Positions 1 through 10,306 of a stretch of 64,000 nt of DNA are shown in pieces. The notes beneath the pieces were generated by a model that searched no databases, was not told the DNA's origin, and saw only the letters and a program-made list of their open reading frames with translations. Numbering within the stretch: position 1 is the first letter of the stretch; each line of letters begins with the position of its first letter. Source of the stretch: Perkinsus chesapeaki ATCC PRA-425 (Eukaryota > Protista > Perkinsozoa); NCBI GenBank assembly GCA_013115145.1, contig JAAPAO010000061.1:1-64000 (forward strand), in the 5' to 3' direction. The position numbers and the translations under genes are program-made.

Positions 1-512
1 TTCATCTGATGAACCAAGTTAACGCTATTAACGCGTACGTACACTGGTCACGAATCTCGCTCGTCCCTCAATGCCTCGTCACGAACTGTGATACGCAGAC
101 TTTGTATCGCAGTAGTTGTATAAGGGTACTACTGCACACTAGAACCGGGCTGGGCCACACAATGGTGCCGGGTAGTGCCGGGGATCTTGGAGGGCCGCCC
201 GGCTATCGCCGGGTAGCGCCGGGTAGGGCACCGGGCCGCCCGGCGGCTGCCGGGTTGCCGGGTGGGTTGCGGCGCCTCTGGGTGACGTACGGATGGTGAC
301 GTGACGTCATATCGATTTCGCTAATGGCGAGCGAGATACAAACTGCGTCGCTAACTTGGTTAGGGAAGAGCAAGCTGACAAGACAATGCAAGGCCTAAGG
401 TCTACAATACAACTCTGTGAACATGCGTTGAGGAATTACAAGAATGTGATAGATTTCAAGATTTTCTTCCACGTGCGGATTGTCATGACATCCAGGTATC
501 TTTTGAGCAGTA

Positions 513-1859
513 ATGGCTACATTTACTCGGCGTGGAAGTCTTGATTCGGCTGCAGTCGATCGAGGACCGTCTCGGCAACTACGAAGGATGCCCACTATGG
601 GGCTGCCGCCTACTCTACCTGGCCTTACTGATGTACTGCCTAATAGCAGTACAGTGCAGAACTCTCGGTTCCTTGATACTGGCGGGGTTACCTTAAATGA
701 CGCGAATAATCAAGAGAGCGGTATGAGACCTGACCAATGTGAAAGAGGGAGTAACTCTGATGGTGATAATGCTCACAGTGTTCCCACTCGCCATACCATA
801 TTCGTCCTTTACGCCCGTAATTTTGCCCCGGATGGAGGGTACTGGCCACAGGAACGTGTTACCAAGATATTAATGGATTTACTAAGCATTATACTGTTCT
901 TCATGTCGGTGCTCAACATATATCTCAGCATGGCATCTCTGGCATTTTTCAATCTAGACGAATTCGAGACTTCAACTTTACTCTACTCACTGTGGGGCAG
1001 CTCAGCCGGCATGGTCGTTGTGGCAATCCTAGGCTGTCAAGCGATACGAACCGGCCCTAGTAGGAAGCATATTGTATGGTACATTGCATTGCTTGTGGTC
1101 AGCCTTGGCCTTTACATCTCCTTTACTTTTATCTATCATCGCTTCTATGTAATCCTCAATAGAATCGACAAGCAGGGTGTCTCTTCATTTGACCATCTAA
1201 CCAGTGGGAACGAGGCGGATCTTCTGGACTCTTTTCGGCAGGAGTATCTCGATCAATGGCAAGTGGGCCAGTGTTCAGGAGGCACTTGCATTCCAGCCGA
1301 TTGCAGCGGGCCATCACTGGACTTCGCCCCGATAGAGTGCAAGGATGCCAGCATAGAGCATTTCCTTTCGACGTGGGCCAAGCAATACTATGGGACGAAA
1401 GAGCAGTTCCTAGCTTGTAGAGAGGCTGTGTCCGGATTCCAGCCTGACCTGAGTGATGGTCAGATTAATAGTTGGTGCCGTTCGAGAGATCTTTATGTCA
1501 GCGAATATGCGCGACAGGCAAGGTTCCTATTTGGTGTACTTACCGTACAGTGCCCTATAATGACAGTACAGCTCGTACTGGCTATAACCGTATTCATATA
1601 TAGGTGGCATGGAAAGGAACATACTACTGGTTGGCATAGGCCAGTGTTATGTGATAAGGACATCGACCGCCCTAATATCAAAGCGAGTGCCTCAACTAGA
1701 AGAATTAGGGAGTTGTTCGGGCGACTGCCGAGGAAACTGTCACGTCGCGTGAACTCACATGATATCGTTCCGGAATGTGAGCAACGGTTAGCTCGACGAG
1801 GCTCCGTTACGGACCCCTCGGATGATGATGGACGTGCTAGGGAGCCAGCACCGGTTTGA
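513..1859 (+). CDS. Intronless four-TM membrane protein, tetraspanin-like topology
   Basis: 448-aa ORF. Three close hydrophobic helices (LLSIILFFMSVLNIYL, MVVVAILGCQAI, IVWYIALLVVSLGLYISFTFIY), a long Cys-rich loop, then a fourth helix (FLFGVLTVQCPIMTVQLVLAITVFIY). Start could be a later Met. Confidence 0.65.
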   Translation: MATFTRRGSLDSAAVDRGPSRQLRRMPTMGLPPTLPGLTDVLPNSSTVQNSRFLDTGGVTLNDANNQESGMRPDQCERGSNSDGDNAHSVPTRHTIFVLYARNFAPDGGYWPQERVTKILMDLLSIILFFMSVLNIYLSMASLAFFNLDEFETSTLLYSLWGSSAGMVVVAILGCQAIRTGPSRKHIVWYIALLVVSLGLYISFTFIYHRFYVILNRIDKQGVSSFDHLTSGNEADLLDSFRQEYLDQWQVGQCSGGTCIPADCSGPSLDFAPIECKDASIEHFLSTWAKQYYGTKEQFLACREAVSGFQPDLSDGQINSWCRSRDLYVSEYARQARFLFGVLTVQCPIMTVQLVLAITVFIYRWHGKEHTTGWHRPVLCDKDIDRPNIKASASTRRIRELFGRLPRKLSRRVNSHDIVPECEQRLARRGSVTDPSDDDGRAREPAPV

Positions 1860-3132
1860 TGGCATGTAACATTTTACTGAACAATTTGATTACAATATTT
1901 TTTTGGCTATATTTCTGCTGTGTAAACTGGATTGGACGCCACGAGGGGGGAAGAGGAAGGTTATTTGATTATGCGGATCTCAATCTCCGCGATTTCAGTT
2001 TTACTGCGTTTCATTTCCGACGGTGTGGAGTTCGTCGGTGAATTAGTAGGATACGGTAGAATGATACGGACTTAAGAGGACTAGTACGATTAATTATTGT
2101 AATAGAATCGGTTACGTATATTTTAAAAAGAGTATTTGGCTGCTTATTTTTAGAGGACGGAATCAACGCATAAAAGGGCAATTTGGTTTCTTGGATTCGT
2201 TCTAGTTCGAGTTCGTTGATGGAAAATGCCAGATCGTGCCGTGTTGGACTAAAGGCTATTTCATTGCCTAATATCCATCACCACCATCATGTACATAATC
2301 ACACAAGAGTGGCAAGCGGCCAAGGCGGAGTGATCCCTCGAGACTGCGTGATTAGAGCAGAAAAACTGGTAGTAGTAAACCGGCCTCACACTTGGAAAAA
2401 TATGTTTGCCTGCGGAAAGAGAATTATCGGAAAACTGCTGTCGACGTTCGAGGGGTATATTTAATAGTGGTTTGAAGTATCTCCTCGGTTGGTCAGGATG
2501 GAATGAAGAAAAGTGTGTCACCACAGTCACGCCATGTGAATGTTATTAATGCTGATGCTAGTAGCAGCTTTGATAGAGGAAGGTAGTCGTTGGTGCTGTC
2601 TGGGTATGACTTGAGGAAAGTGTGGTAGGGGCCGCTACAGCAGTGATAACAGCTGTGGAGTATCTGATTGGTACATGCCTTGGGTACCGAAGCTACCGAT
2701 TATCGTTCAAAACAGCTTGGAGGGCAATATGAGGGAAAGGAGTGTTGATAGTGGTAATACCGAACTGTTGGGGTGGTGGAAATTTATATAGAGAAGGATG
2801 GTGCGAGGTTGTTATAGTCGTTTTATATGAGTCTAGGCGAGGAACTTTGAGATATTTGTAATTCTATCTTTCTATAATTTCGTATTAACCATGGGTATAG
2901 TAGATGGCGGAATAGACAAATATAGTCTTTTGATCTATTTACTATATTATTATAAATATGTTTTAATGTACACCTTATTTGGTTCGTGGTTGGCGCTGTT
3001 GCTGACTCGACCTCTCTGCGTTTCATTTCGGCATAAATCCGAGGATTTTTTATGGCCCGTTATTCAACATTATATGTTTATTATTATAGTTATCGGTTTC
3101 CGGGTTTTATACCTCAGTAATGTCGGGTAATT

Positions 3133-4459
3133 ATTTCATCTCAGTCAACCACGAGCCGTCCACCTCGTATGAAGCTCAAGATAGGTAAGATCGGCAGCTG
3201 CCGTAGCCTCTCAATAATGGCGTCTCAGGGAGGAGGATATGAAGAAGAATACAAAGCCAAAGACAGCTCCTGTCTCTAAGGGCAGAAATAAGCGTGGAAA
3301 AGCTAAGGTCGTACTAGGGCGGGGCGGTTTCGAGTTTCGGGATTGTCGGTATGAAAGATGCGTATTATTGGCGACACCGCTAGGGGATGACTTACATGAA
3401 TAATTGTTCAGCGTGATATAAACTCGGTGAGCACATGCTCCCATACCGTCGAGCGCTTCACTCGTGCAGTATCGCCAGTGGAGATTCCTTCTTCCGCGCC
3501 GTTCCGAGAGGCCTACGGCGAGAAGGTTCCAAGAAATGTCATCTAGCATCCCCGCCGCTTGGACGGATGGTCCACGTAGCCGTTAGCCTTCAAACGTAGA
3601 TGGTCTATGGGTTTCGTCCTCCCTGAGATTGTCTCTATCAGAGCCCGAAGCCCCTGCCACTAATGGACCTAAGAGAGTTGCCGCCAGTAGAAGCATTGAG
3701 GGAAGCGCTCAAGCTGAGAACAGGAAGTCTCAAAAACGCGTAATGGATCTTGTACGGGTATGTTCTAAAGTAGATGTGTTTTAGTTATCGAGCACTGGAT
3801 AGTAATGGTAACGGTGAAGTAGGATTCTCTGAGCTGGAAGCAGGGCTGGGATCTCTTGATATTGATTCTAGACAGATAGCTGGTGAGGAAGAAGGGGGGA
3901 AATGGGCATGTGGAGGAAGATAAAGGAGGAGTCTTAATGAGAATGTATTCAAGGTTTCTGTTTCTTCCTGCACTAGTAACATATTTTATATTATATCTCC
4001 TCCGCACTAGTAACATATTTTATATTATATCTCCTCCGCACTAGTAACATATTTTATATTATATCTCCTTCGCACTAGTAACATATTTTATATTATATCT
4101 CCTTCGCACTAGTAACATATTTTATATTATATCTCCTTCACATTAGTAACATGCACCTTCGCAACTCTCTGTCTTATTGTCATTTAATCACGTATCCTCA
4201 TTAAGCTTTTCCTATTCAGATTTGGATCTCCGCAGTCTCTTTAAACTACTCGACTCGGATAGTAGCGGGCAACTGAGCCTAGAGGAGGTACTCCACGCTT
4301 CGCTCATTACCGTTACTTTTCTTCAAGGTGCTTGGTATCAGCTCTCTCACTGAGGAGGAACCATGGCCTGAGCAGATCACCGATGAAAATCTCGATGGGC
4401 TCTGGCAGAGATATTTACACCGTACAAGAGATGTTTCGGTTGGTGGTCAGCCAAGGTGA
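3133..4459 (+). CDS. Multi-exon EF-hand calcium-binding protein (5' end not defined)
   Basis: Manual splicing gives AYRALDSNGNGEVGFSELE and LFKLLDSDSSGQLSLEEV, both canonical EF-hand loops. GT-AG intron 3883-4219 restores the frame; stop TGA at 4457-4459. Confidence 0.7.
3970..4152. repeat. 34-bp AT-rich minisatellite, 5 full copies plus a degenerate partial copy, inside an intron
   Basis: Unit GCACTAGTAACATATTTTATATTATATCTCCT(C/T)C starts at 3970, 4004, 4038, 4072 and 4106, head to tail with no spacers. Confidence 0.97.
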
Positions 4460-5037
4460 TAACAGGGTCTATTAAGCGGGACCACCGTATACAGTAGATA
4501 AATATCAATGTCACGTCATGAAGGTTTTTACATTCTTCAACTGAAGGACGATCGTTCTGTTTATCAAACCATGATAAGGCCGCTCGGGAGCCTCAAACCC
4601 GAAATATTCCCCCTGCTGGAAAAATTCATTTTTCTAGTTCACTGTATAGTAGCATATTCTTGGTTATCTCGATGGGCGTGCCGGGAAATCATCCAGTTAG
4701 TGTTAGACGTGTTCCACTGGAAAGCTTTTTGTAGGGATTATGCCGTTAGTTTGTATTCGATTGTAATTCTCGGTAGCATCTTCCTTCGGTAAAAGTGTAT
4801 TGGAAGTGATTTTGGTATTAGTGTGTCAGGGTAGAGCCTTTCATGACGACGGGGCAGCTCTTGGCGGTATTCCGCGCGAAATCTCATTCAGTTAAATATT
4901 TCCTATCAAATTTCTCGCTAGAGGTTTTGCTGGTAGAGTTTTTCTTTAACGCACGATTCTTTGGTCAGAATGGCGAAGTGGGAAGGGTCGCCCGCGGCTG
5001 ATAGGGAACTTCAAATAGTACAGAGGCGGTGTAGGAG

Positions 5038-7634
5038 ATGGGAAATGAGGAAGGAAGAAGTGTAAGGATTAGAGGAAGTTTCGGTATGGAATTAAGTGGA
5101 TATAGGCGTCGACACCTGAGGGAAAATGATGAGTTTTCGGAGCAAAGGAAAGGCATATGTCTGTCATTGGCAAGGCAATCAGCTCAGCAGTACATGGGAC
5201 TACATAGACTCAAGAGGAGTGGCAATGCTGCTTATGAAGGCAAGGGCAGCAGTAGCAGCAGGTAGTGGGGGAGCAGGGGCTGGATTGAGGCTCAGGGTTG
5301 GTTACCCGAATGCAGTACGAATAACTGTTATACTATTATTGGCTATCGTTAATTTGGTCATCAGTGCTGCTGCCTTTGGAGAAGAGCAATATGATAATCT
5401 ATATTAGTTTATTTGTGAAACTATTTCATAACTTCAGCACGGCACAGTGTTACAAAGACGGTGTAGTTACTGTAGATTCTTGGAGTCTTTGAGGAAAAGA
5501 TGGTATGGAACTTGTTATGCACGAAAGACGTATAGATTTTAAAGTACTTGGGTAGTTGATTGAATTGCGGCGAACCTGTAATAAAAATACCTCCACGGGT
5601 AGTAGCGCTCGTCTTCATACTACATGGTTCACAATTTTCGGTGGGTAGTAACCTGGCTATCATGAATAAGAGGCGTTGACCTGGTCGAAGGTGGGGCGTG
5701 TGCTAGTTGTGAATAGAGATAGATTTATAGTGCCACTAGGCAGAGTCAAACAGGAGAAATAATGATACAAGAAATACGACGAGGGTGGTGACGGGATATG
5801 TCGGTTCAAACGGAGCTGCTATATTGGGCAGTGTTTCCAGACTTTTTACATCTTTCTTGTTAGGTTCCCTCTTCAATCCATGGAGATATCTAGCACGGTA
5901 TCATCAAGGGTAGATCTCCTCGTTGATCAATGTGCATTACTGTTGACTGCAGCTTAGGCGGCGAATGGCTGAGCAACGCTTGAAGGGGAGGGTGGGGATG
6001 AGGAAGAGCTCTACGGCAGGAGCGTCTGTGGCGTCGGGGCAAGGTGGGACTTTAAGAGGAGAAGGCATCTCACATCATCCAATTTGTGGTGCATACTTCA
6101 GAACAACGTATTTATTCGGCAGGCCCCGACCCTCGAAGTCCGAGCAAACGTGGTGGTGTTGCGATGCTTGGGAAGGTGCCATTTTATAAAGGCAGTGCAC
6201 TCGACCGCAGTATTGCTTTGAGGGTTATGTACGACTTCTCCAACCTGAATAAGCAAGTAGCAGCTAGAGCTGTTATGGAGGTAAGATATAGTGCTGCTAT
6301 ATGATAGGGTATGAAGTATTAACTTCTATTACTTGCTTTACATTAATTTTTTCATGTTTCATTAGTTTTGTTGTCTTCATTATATAATATAAGGTTCATT
6401 AGATCGATCGATTATTACCCCTCGTATAGTTTGATCATCAAGCTATAAGAGGATAATAATTGATCAGATTTGTCATTTTGCTTTAACCTTAACCAAAACG
6501 AACCTTGGAGACCTTTGTCATTGAGCCTCTAGGATGTATAAATATGATCAACACTACCAAGGGACTCGTTGAGCATCGCCCTTTCGATTTTGTAGGCGGA
6601 GAAGCGCGATATGGAAAGGATGAAAGAAAGACAGCGGCACATAGAAGGAGTTGTGAAGGACCTGGCCGGACTGAGGCGAGAGGTGACTAGTGCAATGTTT
6701 ACCGGGAATTTAGCAAGTTGGTCAGCTTTGTGCTTCGACAAACGCTTTGGCCAAGGTGATAGGGAAAAAGAAAATACGTCAGGAGCACCCTAATAGAAAG
6801 TCTATAGGAGCACAGGTGAGTCTAAGTGAGCCGGGTCGCTGGGTTGACTAGCTGCTGGTAGATTGTGACATCTTTGGGGGGCTTCCGAGAGATATCTAAG
6901 GTTGAACCGAGCTCCGCGGAGAAAGTGGGATTCTTTGCCGTCTCGTTAAGTGAAGCGGAAAAGCAAGTAAGGATGCGTTTTAGTCGAGGCTATGTTTATA
7001 TTGCCTTGGGCATTGACACAGTCAGTCATCGATATGTCAACTTACCCCTTTTGGTACTAAAATGTTATGATTGTCATCTCGTTGTGCGAACTCGTTTTGT
7101 AGTAACGAGTTTTTCACTTTCCCGAGCGAGACATATACTATACATCAGTTAATATTACAAATGATGGCTTTCGCCAACATACAGGTCTCATTTCAGTGTC
7201 TCGTTTCATCATCTTCAGCATCATAGAGAACCGGTATAGTGCTTTTACGCTATTTTCCCGCAGCATCACTGTGTGGCTGTCTGAGCAGATAAGAGATATG
7301 GCCAGAAAGCACGGCGTTTCGATACCAGATGCTGAAATGATATATCAGAAATTCAGAGAAGTTGATAGGGATAACAGCGGAGCAATCGAAAGGGACGAGT
7401 TTGATAGGCTAATGGGATCGTAAGTGCTCCTTGCCGGGATCGAACTTGGGCGGACGGGTGTTCAGTTTTAATCCCGGCGTGGATCTCCGGAAAGGCCAGC
7501 TTGACAGCTGGTGGAGAGTGATTGATTCTAACCGTACAGGAGAGGTCAAGTTTGAAGAATTTTTAGTTTGGTAGTGTCCCCGAGTTTTCTGGCGCGTGAC
7601 GTTTTCTCTCAGGTATGCTCGCAATCTTATATGA
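5038..7634 (+). CDS. Multi-exon hypothetical protein with coiled-coil segments and a C-terminal EF-hand pair
   Basis: Exons read KFREVDRDNSGAIERDEFDRLM and WWRVIDSNRTGEVKFEEFLVWYARNLI*. Upstream exons and the start are tentative. Confidence 0.6.
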
Positions 7635-7956
7635 TACTACATGTTTTTTATAAAGATATATCATTGCATGTTGCCACGCTGTTGGTTGCGCCTTATTGCC
7701 TTGTTATCCTACAACTGACTGATGTTGTGTTATTTAGTAAACTGAATTAATGATAGTGAACTCAATTAATAGTAATAGGTAGTATAGGTATAACTTATTT
7801 ACACTGCGCGTCAAATTCTTATCAACAACGGTTTTTTCGAACTTGAAATTTAAATGCCACGTATTTGGTATTATCGATAGGGCATGTCGGACTCTGGAGT
7901 GAAACAGCTAGAGGTGTCAGTAAACTGATTTGTTCCTTTACTATTTCCTTTACAAT

Positions 7957-9923
7957 ATGAGCAGTCAGCTCATTGTAACTCGTTGCCTGCTGCAACCTTT
8001 CGTTAGACTACTGTATAGAATCCTTCAATACTTCCCCCGTCTAAGAGAACTTCTCGCTTACCTGGCTAGACTGGTCCTCCTGGTGTGTGGTGAGGAGGCT
8101 GCCAGCTGCCAGAGCCCTTTGCGGCAACAACAGCAACCAAGCTTGAGACATGTGGACGAGTTTGTTGGTGGCTTGCAGTGTGCTGGTAGGTTCCTTTCCT
8201 GAGTCACCGTTAGGCAGTCGGAAATGCATATGGAAATGGGATCAGAACCGTTGAGGCCCTCCAGAATCAGCGGGATAGCCTCTGACACTTGACTGTCATC
8301 AATTTACTTGGTTTCGACGACTCATCTTACACTTTACTTCACTGTACTCCCGGACTTTCTGTTATATCCAGCTGCTCTCTATAATGTTGACACACTTGTT
8401 AGTTTTTTCAGCGTGTCCTAGAGATCCCGGCACTCCCGATCTCTTTTACCCAGTTGATCGTCCCGATCGTTATCTTACATCACTCTCAGTCGATCTCTCG
8501 TGCCGAGCTGGTGGGGCCCAGTTGCCGTTGCTGGTATCGACAACTTTATCATATTACTGTTTCATTATTACTGCTATTATCACTCTATATTATTATCCAA
8601 TTCATTCCATTTTCACTGTCTTGAATCTCTGTTATAGACTGCGCAACCGTCTCCTTCAACAACCAGCTGTATGACCTTATCAGGTGAGCTCCTCGACCTT
8701 GAGCTTTACCCCGACGTAAAGGAAGTATCCGAGTCAATGGCGGCGTTCCATGCGGTCAGACGTCATCTCTTTCCTGGAATTGGGATGAATCAGAGAGACG
8801 TTGGTTGTGTGGTGGTAGGTCACGGGTGTTGGCATCTCTACTACCAAATCAAGTGTTAGGTTGGTGATGGCAGTACACCGAGAGCTGCAGCTTTGTTTGC
8901 TTATCGAACTAGCTGGAGAGTATGGTCGATTGACCCGCAGCTCAATGCTACTCAGTAGGTCGAGCCTTATAGGCTTTCCACAGCCACTCTCTAGTCACGG
9001 TTTCTTCAAGAGGGGCATGATTTCACCAATTAATATAAATGATCACCACTATTTATACTTGAAACATGAAATAACACTATACTGTGAAGTATAATGGTCC
9101 TTTCCTTTATTTTTCACTATAAGCCATTGGCAGTTGCTCTTATCAGTGCGACATGTGAGTTGTATAGGCTCTAAATCACAAACGGATCAAATCGGTGAGT
9201 CATGGAGGAGCATTAGATGTTGACCCCAGAAGGAATGCATCTGGTGTTTGCTTTTAGTTAGGAAAAAAGTTGTTCTGTAGAAAAAACTTTATCTCCGCAT
9301 CACTGAATCGTCTCGATCCCCGAGAGAGCACATTTCTCTCAGGCCAGATGGCTTGAAGCCAGTGGCGTCCTGACTCAGCTGAAGTTATTCTAGGTTGTCG
9401 ACCTTTGTTTCAGGTACGAGGGGCAAGTAAATCGGTTGCATCTTCTAGATAAGAGAATCGAAGACTGTCGCTTATCCAATCCCAGCATCCGTGCCTGGGT
9501 CATCGTTTGCGTTCATGCGCATCTGCGAAGTCTACAAGACGCCGTGGACTGTTGTATTGTTTCCGGCAAACCTGGAAAGTATCCGAGGGTTGGAACGGCA
9601 AAGTCAGGAACTCCTTTCTTAGGTTGGCACTAGTGGTGGCGATGCCTTGTTGCAACAACTACTCTACGATGTTGCTTGACTCCAGGAAGAACGCACTTGG
9701 GCCGATGGAAGAGTACCAGGACTGGGGAATCCTGTCACCTCATAGAACTGTGCGAGTGTGGACGGCTGAGGAGCATTCTAGACACCACAATGGGCAAGAT
9801 GAAAGTGTGAAGAGCGCGACGGCTCGGAGCAAAGGTGGCTCGGTGAGGGCACAGAGGAGCAGAAAGCGTCGAGAGGATGAGCAAGAACGCCTCAGGCGCG
9901 TCGAAGCTGCTTACACTACGTAA
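7957..9923 (+). CDS. Conserved-looking uncharacterised protein, possibly Rossmann/methyltransferase-like
   Basis: Spliced reading HVDEFVGGLQCAG|ELLDLELYPDVKEVSESMAAFHAVR...CVVV|VGDGSTPRAAALFAYRTSWRVWSIDPQL...VIVCVHAH...VVAMPCC...YQDWGILSPHRTVRVW, with in-frame GT-AG junctions. Confidence 0.65.
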
Positions 9924-10306
9924 AAGTCGTTGATACGTTAGATGCTAAACGTGTTTTGTTGACAGTTAATTTTAAGGGGTGACTTCTGGAAAATCACCTT
10001 AATTGTTGGGAGAGTGTTCGGTGTTGGATAACTGAACAATCTCGAAGGAGGAGTATTGGACGTGTTGTAACCGAAGATTTCTCTGTGCGTAAATCATGAC
10101 GAAAAGGGCGTATTGGAATTACAGGCGCTCGCCGAAGCAGATCTGTTGGGTAGGCTAATCTGCAAGATTGAAAGTAGGACAAACAAGTCATTCACCCAAG
10201 ACGCATTTCGGTAATACCAAAATTGTTATCCATTCCGTACCGCTGCCTGACGGCTCAGTGTGCTAGGAGAGATCGGCACATGGTAGAGTGTTTAGAAGCT
10301 AGCTTA

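Noticed and set aside
3211-3549. Minus-strand KRSTVWEH-like stretch as a BED zinc finger / hAT remnant
   Set aside because: Needs a frameshift, lacks the CxxC...HxxxxH set, and the plus strand is explained by exons of the EF-hand gene.
3970-4152. 34-bp repeat array as a CRISPR
   Set aside because: Units are contiguous with no unique spacers, there are no cas genes, and it sits in a eukaryotic intron.
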